A stretch of 64,000 nucleotides of DNA from Mobula hypostoma (Eukaryota), in the NCBI RefSeq assembly GCF_963921235.1, contig NC_086107.1:105092001-105156000 (forward strand), read 5' to 3'. Below the pieces are notes generated by a model. That model saw nothing but the letters and a program-made list of their open reading frames with translations. It did not search any database and had not been told where the DNA came from. Each line of letters starts with the position of its first letter. Positions within the stretch are counted from its first letter, which is position 1. This document shows positions 27,584-40,346 of this stretch, one piece after another. The translations under genes were made by a program, and so were the position numbers.

Positions 27584-30267
27584 CACATTGATACTTATAC
27601 TATAATTACATACTGTAAAGTTCTGCCAATTCTAATTTATCAAAATTAAATTTAACCAAAGGGACTTGTTCCTGACTAGGACAAACCTGCCATAGTTATA
27701 GGAGTTATGATCATGAGCTCTCAATTAACCTGCTGTGCTCGGAATCAACATGCCTGTAACCATGGCAGGGTTGTCCTGGTCACAAACAAGTCCCTTTGGT
27801 TAAATTTAATTTTAAAAATAAAATAAGTGGGAATTGGCCAAATTGTACAGGATATAAACATAGTACGGCAAGTATTGGTGTTGGAACATCAGGGGTGCAA
27901 GAAGTTGGTGAGATCACACTTGGAGTATTCTGTGCAGTTATGATTGCCATACCATAGGAAGTATGTGGTTAAGCTGAAGTGGGTGCAGCTTAATTACAAG
28001 GATGTTGCAAGGACTTGACAGCTTAAGTTAAAAGACGGAGACTAGATAGGGTGGGACTATTTTCCCTGGAGCAAAGGAGGCTGAAAATATAGAGGTCAAT
28101 AGAAGCAACAATGGTTAACAAGGACAATATTCATAACCTTGTGACAAGGTTCCTTTAAACTGTGGAGACTCGGCCCCTGAGTGATTGAGAGGGATTATGA
28201 GGAAACCTTCTCAGACCTGCCTGTCCTTAGTATTTCTTTACTTTTCTATGTCTGCTATATGTGTAGAGCCATCATTTTTGTTATAAGCAAATATAGAGTC
28301 TTAACGAGAATCAGTAAATTGTCATTTGGAGTGGTTTAATGTTTCTCTTGCCTTAGTCTTGGTGCAGAAGTCACTTTGCATGATGAGTAAATCTCCAGCT
28401 GAAGCCTACTGTTTCTGAACTGGGGATCGGGCATGGTACCGACTGCTCTGTGCCCCACTTCCACATTTACCAATCACCAGGAGAACCAATGAATGTCTTG
28501 CAAATGACGAAGGAAATTTGAGCAGAACGTAAAATGAGATAGAGAACCAAATGGGCTGGAGAACCTAGTGTCCAGGTGACAAGGAGCAACCTTTCCTTAA
28601 TGTCAGCTAACAAAAGAGCAGGACTTTGACATCAGGAAGCAGGGCAGAGTACTTGCTCTTGTATGTATCAATGGTGGTGAGGTGGAGATGGTTGAGAGTT
28701 TCACGTGTGTAGGTGTGTAGCTTGCCCTGGTCCTACCACATAGACACTATGGCCAAAAAAAGCTCACCAGCACTGCTACTTCCTTAGAAGGTGAAAGAAA
28801 CTTGGGATGTCCCTGTCTCCGTTCACCACTTGATATAGATGCACCACAGAAAGCATCCTATCCAGACGCATCCACTCTGTACAAAACTACAAGAAATTTC
28901 TGAGAGTTGATGGACTTAGTCTATTGAGAAAACTAGCCTCCACTCTGTCAACTGTCTACAGTTCTCCCTGTCCCCGGAAAGCAGCAATGTAATCATAGAC
29001 TCTTCCCAACCCAGTCATTCTCTCTTCTCCCCTCTTCCATGGGGGAGAAGATTAAAAAACTTGAAAAACACACACTACCAGGCTCAAGGACAGCTCTTAT
29101 TCCACTGTTATGAGTCTTGAACTGCCCTCTTGAATGATAAAGGTGAATTCTTGACCTTTCAATACATAGTACCTTGCCATGGCCCTTGTACCTTAGTGAC
29201 TACCATTACACTTTCTCTGTAACTGTAATACTAGAAGGGCTGTGATTGCCTGTTTCCGTGCTGTAATTGTTATATGGTTATATGGTTACCATATTCTGCA
29301 TTGTGTTGCTGCTTTTCCCTTTGTACTAGCTGAATTACTTGTGTTTTGAAATATCTTTCTAGATGGCATGCAAAACAACATTTTTCACTGTATCTCGGTA
29401 CATGTGACAATAATAAAGCAATTCTATAGATGTGTAGTGGAAAGTGTATTGACTGGCTGCACCACAGCCTGGTGTGGAAACTCCAACGCCTTTGAGCAGA
29501 AACTCCTAAAGAAGGTACATCACAGTTGATTCCCTCCCAACCATTGAGCACATCTATGTGAATCGCTTTCGTAGATCCATCGTCGTCATAGATCCTCACC
29601 ACCCAGGCCATGCTCTTTTCTCGTTGCTGCCATCAGGTAGAAGGTACAAGTACTTCAAGATTTGCACCAGGTTCAAGAACAGTTACTGCCCCTCAACCAT
29701 CAGGCTCCTGAACAAAAGGGAATAACTATATTCATCTATTGAGATGTTCCCATAACCAATGATCTCATTTTAAGGCCTCTATCTCGTTATCTCACGTTCT
29801 CATTATTTATTGCTGTTTATTTATAATTGCATTTGCACTGTTGTTGTCTTCTATGCTCTTGCTCTTTCATTGATCCCGCTACAGTTACTGTTCTGTAGAT
29901 TTGCTGAGTATGCCCACAGGAAAATGAATCCCAGGGTTATATGTGGTGACATGTATTTACTCTGATAGTAAATTTTACTTTGAACTCTGATTACCAATTA
30001 TCCTTTTAAACATAAGCATGATAATAATTGGTAATAATCTGGCAATATTTAGACAATTATATTTGTCATGTATACGACATGTACAAGGCAGTAAAACATA
30101 CATCAATGTCTATGTAGATATAATGCAGCTGGACAATGGCAAATATAATGGATTGAGGAAAATTACACTTCAACCCACATCCTATTTATAATATTTTCTA
30201 TTGCTTCAGTGATTCACCAGTTCTATTTACAGGGTTTAATATTTAATCTTTGTCCACAATTAATCAG

Positions 30268-30442
30268 AGTGAAGAAACTAGTGAGACAGAGAGACAGACC
30301 ACACCTGCTTTCCCCGACACTGAGAACTTTATAGAAGGAGACGAAGAAGCAATTCGTGAAGATCTATCTCCTGCAAGTACTGAAGAGGGGGAGCTTACAA
30401 ATGTTCCATCAATCATTGAACCTGAGACACCAGAGAGGAGAG
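30268..30442 (+). CDS. CCDC96: CCDC96-like exon 5 (acidic)
   Basis: taatcag|AGT ... AGAG|gtactg. SEETSETERQTTPAFPDTENFIEGDEEAIREDLSPASTEEGELTNVPSIIEPETPERR. Ends in phase 1, matching exon 6. Confidence 0.75.
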
Positions 30443-31069
30443 GTACTGTCAGCAGCCTTGTGGATGGCACAGAATACATTATGCACTTGAGATGTTGCAG
30501 CTTCTGATTGCGATGGATGGGGTGGTTGTTAAGGAAAGAAAAAAAACACTTTCATTGGGTCATGCTAGGTTGAAGAGAAAGGATATAACTTCCATTAAAA
30601 GGCACGTTATCTCAGGTGAATAGGATTCGGAAGGAAGAAGGTAGTGGCTCATTGAAACCCGTGATGTAAGCAAAACTTGAAAAGGTATGCTGCCCTTTCA
30701 GCTAAGCAGAATTGTGGCATGAATATTAGCAGTTTGTACATTGGAAATCCTATGGTAATAGTTAACCATGTTAAAGAACAGAAATTTGGTTATCCAGCCA
30801 CATTATGTAATATGACAATGAAATTCAGTTACAATCAAGTATTAGTTGTAGATGTGTTGTCCTGGTTATGTGCTCCTCCCTATGGTAATTATGTTACAGC
30901 AAAGCCCAAGGCCTTTACAAAATCTTTTAGACGGTTAATTCAATGTCCCAGATTGCCAAAGGTGAAAAGAATGATCTATAGGAGAAATGAGGTTCTAAGT
31001 TTTGATTTATATTATGGGATACAAAAGGAAGTAATGCCAAATTTAGAAACCAAACACAGTTTTGCACTG

Positions 31070-31287
31070 AGCAGGCCAGGCAGCATCTCTAGGAAGAGGT
31101 ACAGTCGACATTTCAGGCCAAGACCCTTCGTCAGGACTAACTGAAGAAAGAGCTAGTAAGAGATTTAAAAGTGGGAGGGGGAGGGGGAGATCCAGATATG
31201 ACTGTACCTCTTCCTAGAGATGCTGCCTGGCCTGCTGTGTTCACCAGCAACTTTGATATGTGTTGCATCTGCAGAGTTCCTCGTGTT
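31070..31287 (-). mobile_element. Short Penelope-derived (family A) inverted-repeat insertion with hammerhead motif at 31103-31138
   Basis: 14-bp TSD ACAGTTTTGCACTG. Minus strand reads AGTC-CTGACGA-AGGGTCTTGGCCT-GAAATGTC-GACT. Confidence 0.8.
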
Positions 31288-31699
31288 ACAGTTTTGCACT
31301 GTTATAGAATTATTAGTGAAACCATGAAAAATTGTGTAAAATATGGTTTAGGACTACGACTAGGTTGTTTGGCTCGTCGGGCCTGCTGTACCATTCGTTA
31401 AGATGAGTGGCAGATTTGACTGTAAGTTCACTTTTACATTCTTACCTACCTCTGTTAACCATTCTCCTCCTTGATTATCAAGAATCTATCTACTTGTAGA
31501 GCCATGCAACATAAAAATAGAGTCTTTTGGCCACCACGCCCATGCCCAGTAAATATCTATCTACACTAATTACACTTACCATCTATCTACACTAATTATT
31601 TGGTCCACAGCTTTCCATTCCTTGGCAATTGTTGATATCTACATGGAGGACTTTGAGGAGAGGGCTCTGAGTTCATTGCCTTTACACCTCAACAGCTTC

Positions 31700-32112
31700 T
31701 TCAGATACGGAAAAATTGGTGGTAGCAGAACACTGCATTGACAATGACCATTGGATTGATTTTGATGACACAAAACTACTGTGCCTCGCCAATGACTTTT
31801 GTTAAAGGAAGCCATTGAGACAAACCTAGAGGAAAAGAATTTTAACAAAGACGATGGTCTCGCTCTAAGTAAGAACTGGAATTTGATTGTAAACAAGGTG
31901 GGAGAGCGGAAACCTGATTGAATGAGGACTAACTAATCAGGAGGGATGGAGTACAGGGGTATAAATACCACCAGTCTAGACATACTCAGGTATCATCCCT
32001 GAAGAAGATGGCAGAGTTTGTAATGGGTTATAATCGATACCTGTACCTGGCTGGAAGCACAAGAAGATTTTATTCATCATATATGCCAGGAAAGCACTAG
32101 ATCCTTTTTCAT
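31700..32112 (+). mobile_element. Penelope-like element (family B), second copy with hammerhead core deleted
   Basis: Collinear with the reverse complement of 37750-38190 (VAEHCIDNDHWIDFDDTKLL). CTGAAGA is present but the GAAAC segment is missing. Confidence 0.75.
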
Positions 32113-32789
32113 GGTTTCTTCAATCCATATTTTTCATGATATGCCAAGTACAGAAGTATTACACTACTTTTCAGCAACTATAACGCGCTGTGACAAAGTC
32201 TAAGAGAACAATGGGTCAGCAAGAGACGAGGTGATTACAGGATCATTGTAATCAATTATGAGGCTCTGAAGATTAAATGCTTATGATAAGTATTTCATTT
32301 CTTAAAGTAAGCCTCAGCTGCTCCCCCTCCCCTGTCGATCCCTTTATCTTCATTGGCCCATTAGAAACTCAAACCACCTCCAGGGGGCAGTATCACCCAC
32401 TTTGGGAACTATTCTGTTCTACTGATTACTTTTTAACTTGTGTTGTAAATGCACCTTATTATTTGTTAATTTATTTGTGGTGATATTACTTTATGTGTTG
32501 TGTGTTTGTGAGTTATATGTACTGTGTTGTGCACGTTGGTCCAGGGGAATGTTGTTTTCTTTGGCAGTATACAACTATACATTTGAATGACAATAAATTG
32601 AACTTGAACTTATGAACTTGTGTACCACTGGTAGCTCCCTCTCCCCACCCTCCACCACTCCAAGGAAAAGAAACGATGCCTGTCTATTCTCTCATTGCTA
32701 AAATTTTCCTGGTGAATCTCCCCTGCATCATCTCGTGCAATCATATCCTTCCACTAGTGTGGCAACCAGAAAGTATTCCAGCTATAGTC

Positions 32790-33089
32790 CTACTGACTGC
32801 CCATTACATTTAGGACAGCAATGAAGGTCCTCCATCTCTATCTGTATAGAAAGATTCTTCATAGCTGTTTCTGTAACAATTATTATTTGACCAGTCAGGG
32901 TTGTTAGTCCTGAACGTGGAGGGCCAGTAGACCACTCTTGGTCTGGCCTCTACCCTTTGACCTGTTTGGCATGGGTGACCCTATCAAGAGCCAAAGAACA
33001 AGGCCCTGACTCCGGCCAACATTGCTCTCCTGGTCATTGAGGCACACAAGCCTCCAAACCCTATGACAAGGTTATGGTCCTCTTGGAGG
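32790..33089 (-). mobile_element. Non-autonomous RTE-derived short element, copy 2
   Basis: Same family. Flanked by the 12-bp duplication CCAGCTATAGTC. Confidence 0.82.
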
Positions 33090-33144
33090 CCAGCTATAGT
33101 CTAAATAATATTTTACAAAGTTGTGCCTCCCAGCTCTTATGTTC

Positions 33145-33612
33145 CATAGTAGTCATAGTCATAGTCATACTTCATTGATCCTGGGGGAAATTGGCTTTCG
33201 TTACAGTTGCACCATAAATAATAAATAGTAATAGAAATAGTAATAGTAATATTACTATTAGTAAATAGTAAATAGTAATAGTCATGGAAATAATTAGTAA
33301 TAGAATAGTAATAGAAAAATTGTAATAAATAGTTAAATAGTAATATAGTTAATTATGCCAGTAAATTATGAAATAAGTCCAGGACCAGCCTATTGGCTCA
33401 GGGTGTCTGACCCTCCAAGGGAGGAGTTGTAAAGTTTGATGGCCACAGGCAGGAATGACTTCCTATGACGCTCTGTGTTGCATCTCGGTGGAATGAGTCT
33501 CTGGCTGAATGTACTCCTGTGCCCACCCAGTACATTATGTAGTGGATGGGAGATATTGACCAAGATGGCATGCAACTTGGACAGCATCCTCTTTTCAGAC
33601 ATCACCGTGACA
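33145..33612 (-). mobile_element. Rex1/Babar-like LINE 3' end; other copies at about 12490-12850 and at 34395-34553 plus 37104-37230
   Basis: EKRMLSKLHAILxNxSHPLH...RLIPPRCNTERHRKSFLPVAIKLYN, an (AATAGT)n tract and an (ACTATG)n tail. Confidence 0.75.
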
Positions 33613-34553
33613 GTCATGCTCTGAGTAATGGACAGGTATAGAATATGCTTTCTTCATCACCTTGACGACTTGTGCTGCCCTCTTTAAGGATCCTTGTACT
33701 TATACACTGAGCTTTCTCTGTTTCTCAATACTCTCTCAAGTCCGACCATTCACTGTAGAAACCAAGTTCTAGATACCCTCACAAGAGGATTTATCGTTTT
33801 CACATCCACACTGGAACTAACAAGTTGCAATCAATCCAGCCCTCACTCTCTAAACTGTAAAGTGTACTCTGTACAGCCTCTCCTCATGAGACAACCCTCC
33901 CATTCCAGGTATTTAACTAGTAGACCTTGTGGACCTGCATTAGAACACCCAGATCTCTCTGCTTCGCAGACCATAATAGAGTCATATTTATTTCCTTGTC
34001 AGAGTGGACTATTTACCTTTTCCCACATTTTACTCTACTTGTTAGATCCTTATCCGTTCACTTAACCTAGCTGAGTCCCTCACTTAACCCATCTGCATCC
34101 AGTTTATTAAGGACACCTGCTCGTTAATGCAAATATCTCATTAACCAGTCATGTGGCAACAATTCAATGCATAAAGGCATGCAGACATGGTCAAGATGCT
34201 CAGTTGTTGTTTACATCAAACATCAGAATGGAGAAGAAATGTGATCTAAGTGACTTGGTGCCAGATGGGGTGGTTTGAGTATCTCAGAAACTGCTGATCA
34301 CCTGAGATTTTCATGCACAGCAGTCTCTAGAGTTTACAGAGAATGGTGTGGGGAATAGAAAAAAAACATCTAGTGAGCTGCAAGTCTGTGGGTGTTTTTG
34401 CTACAGTCGCACCATAAATAATTAAATAGTAATATGTAAATTATGCCAGGAAATAAGTCCAGGACCAGCCTATTGGCTCAGGGTGTCTGACCCTCCAAGG
34501 GAGGAGTTGTAAAGTTTGATGGCCACAGGCAGGAATGACTTCCTATGACGTTC

Positions 34554-37103
34554 CTATGGTATTAAACAGGAAATTAGAAATGTGTGCAATAAAGGAACAG
34601 CAGTTATAATGGGTGACTTCAATCTACATGTAGACTGGGTGAACCAAATTGGTAAAGGTGCTGAGGAAGAGGATTTCTTGGAATGTATGCGGGATGGTTT
34701 TTTGAACCAACATGTCGAGGAACCAACTAGAGAGCAGGCTATTCTGGACTGGGTTTTGAGCAATGAGGAAGGGTTAATTAGCGATCTTGTCGTGAGAGGC
34801 CCCTTGGGTAAGAGTGACCATAATATGGTGGAATTCTTCATTAAGATTGAGAGTGACATAGTTAATTCAGAAACAAAGGTTCTGAACTTAAAGAGGGGTA
34901 ACTTTGAAGGTATGAGACGTGAATTAGCTAAGATAGACTGGCAAATGACACTTAAAGAATTGACGGTGGATATGCAATGGCAAGCATTTAAAGGTTGCAT
35001 GGATGAACTACAACAATTGTTCATCCCAGTTTGGCAAAAGAATAAATCAGGGAAGGTAGTGCACCCGTGGCTGACAAGAGAAATTAGGGATAGTATCAAT
35101 TCCAAAGAAGAAGCATACAAATTAGCCAGAGAAAATGGCTCACCTGAGGACTGGGAGAAATTCAGAGTTCAGCAGAGGAGGACAAAGGGCTTAATTAGGA
35201 AGGGGAAAAAAAGATTATGAGAGAAAATTGTCAGGGAACATAAAAACGGACTGTAAAAGCTTTTATAGATATGTAAAAAGGAAAAGACTGGTAAAGACAA
35301 ATGTAGGTCCCCTGCAGACAGAAACAGGTGAATTGATTATGGGGACCAAGGACATGGCAGACCAATTGAATAGTTACTTTGGTTCTGTCTTCACTAAGGA
35401 GGACATAAATAATCTTCCAGAAATAGTAAGGGAGAAAGGGTCCAGTGGGATGGAGGAACTGAGCGAAATACATGTTAGTAGGGAAATGGTGTTAGGTAAA
35501 TTGAAGGGATTGAAGGCAGATAAATCCCCAGGGCCAGATGGTCTGCATCCTAGAGTGCTTAAAGAAGTAGCCCAAGAAATAGTGGATGCATTAGTGATAA
35601 TTTTTCAAAACTCGTTAGATTCTGGACTAGTTCCTCAGGATTGGAGGGTGGCTAATGTAACCCCACTTTTTGAAAAAGGAGGGAGAGAGAAACCGGGGAA
35701 TTATAGACCGGTTAGCCTAACGTCGGTGGTGGGGAAACTGCTGGAGTCAGTTATCAAGGATGTGATAACAGCACATTTGGAAAGCGGTGAAATGATCGGA
35801 CAAAGTCAGCATGGATTTGTGGAAGGAAAATCATGTCTGACGAATCTCATAGAATTTTTTGAGGATGTAATTAGTAGAGTGGATAGGGGAGAACCAGTGG
35901 ATGTGGTATATTTGGATTTTCAAACGGCTTTTGACAAGGTCCCACACAGGAGATTAGTGTGCAAACTTAAAGCACACGGTATTGGGGGTAAGGTATTGGT
36001 GTGGGTGGAGAATTGGTTAGCAGACAGGAAGCAAAGAGTGGGAATAAACGGGACCTTTTCAGAATGGCAGGCCGTGACTAGTGGGGTACCGCAAGGCTCA
36101 GTGCTGGGACCCCAGTTGTTTACAATATATATTAATGACTTGGATGAGGGAATTAAATGCAGCATCTCCAAGTTTGCGGATGACACGAAGCTGGGTGGCA
36201 GTGTTAGCAGTGAGGAGGATGCTAAGAGGATGCAGGGTGACTTGGATAGGTTGGGTGAGTGGGCAAATTCATGGCAGATGCAATTTAATGTGGATAAATG
36301 TGAAGTTATCCACTTTGGTGGCAAAAATAGGAAAACAGATTATTATCTGAATGGTGGCCGATTAGGAAAAGGGGAGGTGCAATGAGACCTGGGTGTCATT
36401 ATACACCAGTCATTGAAAGTGGGCATGCAGGTACAGCAGGTGGTGAAAAAGGCGAATGGTATGCTGGCATTTATAGTGAGAGGATTCGAGTACAGGAGCA
36501 GGGAGGTACTACTGCAGTTGTACAAGGCCTTGGTGAGACCACACCTGGAGTATTGTGTGCAGTTTTGGTCCCCTAATCTGAGGAAAGACATCTTTGCCAT
36601 AGAGGGAGTACAAAGAAGGTTCACCAGATTGATTCCTGGGATGGTGGGACTTTCATATGAAGAAAGACTGGATGAATTGGGCTTGTACTCGTTGGAATTT
36701 AGAAGATTGAGGGGGGATCTAATTGAAACGTATAAGATCCTAAAGGGATTGGACAGGCTAGATGCAGGAAGATTGTTCCTGATGTTGGGGAAGTCCAGAA
36801 CGAGGGGTCACAGTTTGAGGATAGAGGGGAAGCCTTTTAGGACCGAGATTAGGAAAAACTTCTTCACACAGAGAGTGGTGAATCTGTGGAATTCTCTGCC
36901 ACAGGAAACTGTTGAGGCCAGTTCATTGGCTATATTTAAGAGGGAGTTAGATATTGCCCTTGTGGCTACGGGGGTCAGGGGGTATGGAGGGAAGGCTGGG
37001 GCGGGGTTCTGAGTTGGATGATCAGCCATGATCATAATAAATGGCGGTGCAGGCTCGAAGGGCCGAATGGCCTACTCCTGCACCTATTTTCTATGTTTCT
37101 ATG
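34554..37103 (+). mobile_element. 5'-truncated CR1 LINE (endonuclease C-terminus, reverse transcriptase, 3' UTR); young but with a frameshift and a stop
   Basis: ORFs 34582-35220 (IMGDFN, LDWV, SDHN), 35228-36385 (PGPDG, YLDFQTAFDKV, GVPQGSVLGP, KFADD) and 36413-37012. Frameshift in the A-run near 35210, TGA at 36383, (TTTCTATG)n tail. Confidence 0.95.
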
Positions 37104-37749
37104 TTCTGTGCTGCATCTCGGTGGAATGAGTCTCTGGCTGAATGTACTCCTGTGCGCACCCAGTACGTTATGTAGTGGATGGGAGGCATTGTCCAGGATG
37201 GTATGCAACTTGGACAGCATCCTCTTTTCAGAATGCCTTCGAGAAAGTCTGCTCAATATGCTCACTGCATGTTGCTTCTTTAAAAAATCTTCAATAAATT
37301 AATCTCCATTATACAAAACCATGTTGACTTTGCTTGATTTTTTTCTGCTTCACATCTCTAATAAGTTTCTAACACTCCTCTAGCCAGACATTAAAGTTAC
37401 TAGCTTGTAGTTTCTTGCATCCTGTTTCCCTCTCTTTTTGAATAAAGGAACAACATTTGTTATTTTCCAGTCTAATTAAGAATTGAATGGTCTGACGAGC
37501 GTTTTTCTCCTGTCAATTATTGATTGTAACCAGCGGCAGGATATTTGACTAACTAATGATTTCTCTATGCCAAATGATTTTTTTTTTGCTGAGTGTCAAT
37601 AAAAGTGGCGTTACAACTATAATAATTCTTGTCCTCCTTTCTTTGTTCAGAATCCAACCCAGTAAAATCATTGAAGGAGTTTTAGCAAGTTGCCATTGGT
37701 TATATTTTGCTGGCCTGTCCCTAATGTACCATATCTCCTGGATGTAACA

Positions 37750-38325
37750 AAATTCAGAAAAAGGATCTTGTGCTCTCCCAGCGTATATGACAAATAAACT
37801 CTTCTCAGGCTTCCAACCGGTTACAGGTATCGATTTTAATCGACGTTTCAGTGACAAACTCTGCCATCTTCATCAGGGATAATGCATGGACATGTCTAGT
37901 CCGGTGGTATACTTATCCCCATCATCTGGCCTTCTTGATTGGTTAGTCCTCAACTAATCAGGTTTCAGCCGTGCCACCTCGCTTACAATCGAATTCCAGT
38001 TCTTACCTGGAGCAGGACCTTCACCTTTGTTAAAATTCTTTTTCTCTAGTTTTCTTTCGATGGCTTGCATCACCAGGCGGCCCCAACAGCCATTGGCGCA
38101 GCACAGTACTTTGTGCTGTTGAAGTCAGTCCTGTGGCCGTTGCGAATGCAGTGTTCTGCTACTGCCGATTTCTCCAGGTAGCCCAAACAACAGGAGTATG
38201 TTTACTGCTGGACTCGACATGCCTAGGCATTACCACTATCGAAGATGGCAGAGTTTGTCATCAAAAGTTCTGTTAAAATCAATACCTGTACCTGGCTGAA
38301 AAGATCGAGAAGAGTTTATTCATCA
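37750..38325 (-). mobile_element. Penelope-like element (family B): GIY-YIG C-terminus, terminal repeat with hammerhead, and inverted partial repeat
   Basis: Minus strand encodes EKSAVAEHCIRNGHRTDFNSTKVL...AIERKLEKKNFNK. 38241-38325 is an inverted copy of about 37790-37870. Confidence 0.8.
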
Positions 38326-38688
38326 AAGTTGTACAGAGAGACTCAAACAAGGAGTCTTACTTGAGTTTCTTCCTGTTAAGTTTACTAGGTAGGCTTCTCT
38401 ACAATCATGCTTGTTATCCAGGCCAGTTCATTGCAGAGAGCAGAATCTGTCAGCTAGTTCACTGCAGCCAGGAGAATCTATGCATGATGCTTTGTCAGCT
38501 TCGAAGGCTGGGTCTGCGGTCCACCATGCCCACCTGCGCTGCATTCAGAAGGGTTGGAGTGAAGTAATTTTATAATTGGAGCACATGCTATTGTTAAGGA
38601 CTGCACATTATAGATCAGAACTGTGACAATGAAATGCTCATACAAGCCCTGTACTCACTTTAAAGAGTTTTTTTAAATGTTTTATTAG

Positions 38689-38792
38689 TGACACCAGTGA
38701 TAGAAGTGATAGAAGTGATAGATGACCAAGATAATGAAGATGACCAAGAGCAGAAAAGACTGTATCGAGAAGAATTGGAGTTGAAGCATAAA
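38689..38792 (+). CDS. CCDC96: CCDC96-like exon 6
   Basis: ttttattag|TG ... AAA|gtaaat. VTPVIEVIEVIDDQDNEDDQEQKRLYREELELKHK. Phase 1 to 0. Not in the ORF track. Confidence 0.8.
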
Positions 38793-40346
38793 GTAAATTA
38801 CCTCTTGTTTGACTTCTTTGATTTTGCATTGCCTCCTTAGTCCCACTCAGTTATTTGGTTTTGTTAGTTACATTCATTACTTAACTTTCCTCTTCTTTTA
38901 TCATCTATTCCTCTTGGGTAATTGGATACTCATCTTGCTGCACCTACTGGATCTTGTCCTCTGAAAGATTGCTTGGACATCTTAAATCCCACCTAGTGAT
39001 GAAACGGAAAAATACTGGAGCTGCTCAGCTGGGCTGGCAGGTTTAGTGGAAAGGGAAACCGAATTAACATTTCAGGTCAATGACCCCTCATTAGAGTTGG
39101 AAGAATATTGAGCCTATATATATTCCAGGCAGACGTCCATGAACCATAAGACATAGGAGCAGAATTAGACCATTTGGCTCATCGAATTTGCTCTGCCATT
39201 TCATCATGGCTGATTGCATGTTGAAATATAAGACCATTTTCAGTTTTTAGAACCATACTGTGCAGAAGGAGGCTATTAGATTAGTGCCTATTACTTTGAG
39301 GGGAAGTCCAGTTAGTCCAATTTCCTGCCCTTTCTGCAGATCCCAAAGAGAAGGCAATTTAACTTCTACTGAAATCAATTTCATTTATTCTGTCTGAACC
39401 CTTCATGATTTTATACACTACCAAATTTTCTCTTCACCTTCTCTGTCTAAGCTGAACATGGTGAGGTTTTAATTTGTGATTTGTAAAAGCACTCAAATTT
39501 ATGTGATGTGATCTTTAGCTTTAAAGTTCAACGTAAACTTATTATCAAAGCACATACCTATGTCCTTGCAGGCATTTACAGAAAAATAAAGAGATACAAT
39601 AGAGTTTACGAAAGACCATTTATAACAAAGACTGATAGATATCCATTGCGTAAAAGAGGACAAATGTGCCAAAAATAAATAAAAAAGTCAATACATTATA
39701 CTGAGAACATGAGTTGTGGAGTCCTTGAATTATAGAGTCCATGAGTGTGGACTCAAGTCAGCGTTGAGTTGAGTGAAATGTTGGGACAGCACGGTAGCAT
39801 AGAGGTTAGCACAACGCTTTACAGTTCCTGCCGCTGCCTGTACATTCTCCCTGTGATCATGTGGGTTTCCTCTGGGTGCTCTGGTTTCTTCCCACAGTTC
39901 AAAAGATCTATCAGTTGGTAGGTTAATTGGTCATTGTAAACTGTATGATTAAATCAGGGGTTTCTGTGCAGCATGGCTTGAAGTTTTAAAAAAAGTTATC
40001 CACGCTGCTTCAGTAATTACAGTAATAACTGTTTCTGAATCTAGTGGTGTTGTACCCACGGCTCCTGTACCTCCTGCCCGATGTAGCAGCAAGAAGAGAG
40101 CATGGGCTGCTCTCTGCTCAATCAAAGGCTGCCCTTTGCCATCCTACCACTCAGCAGCACTTTCCAGAGGCCAGAGCGAAGAAGAACAGTCCAATATCTA
40201 ATCAGTTTTAACTTTTACGTAGTTTAAACTATGCACAATGCAAATCTCTTCTCATGACCTTTCAGATTTGTGAGGTTATTTGGAGGCAGATTCGCAATTG
40301 TAAAACATGCAGGAAATTGAAGCCCTTTTCTCCCATCGTTATCCAG

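Noticed and set aside
30677..31144. 155-aa ORF in CCDC96 intron 5
   Set aside because: No recognisable motif, non-ATG start, no convincing splice sites, and it runs into a Penelope repeat.
34582..37012. Long RT ORFs as a host gene or active element
   Set aside because: 5'-truncated CR1 with a frameshift and an internal stop, so not autonomous.
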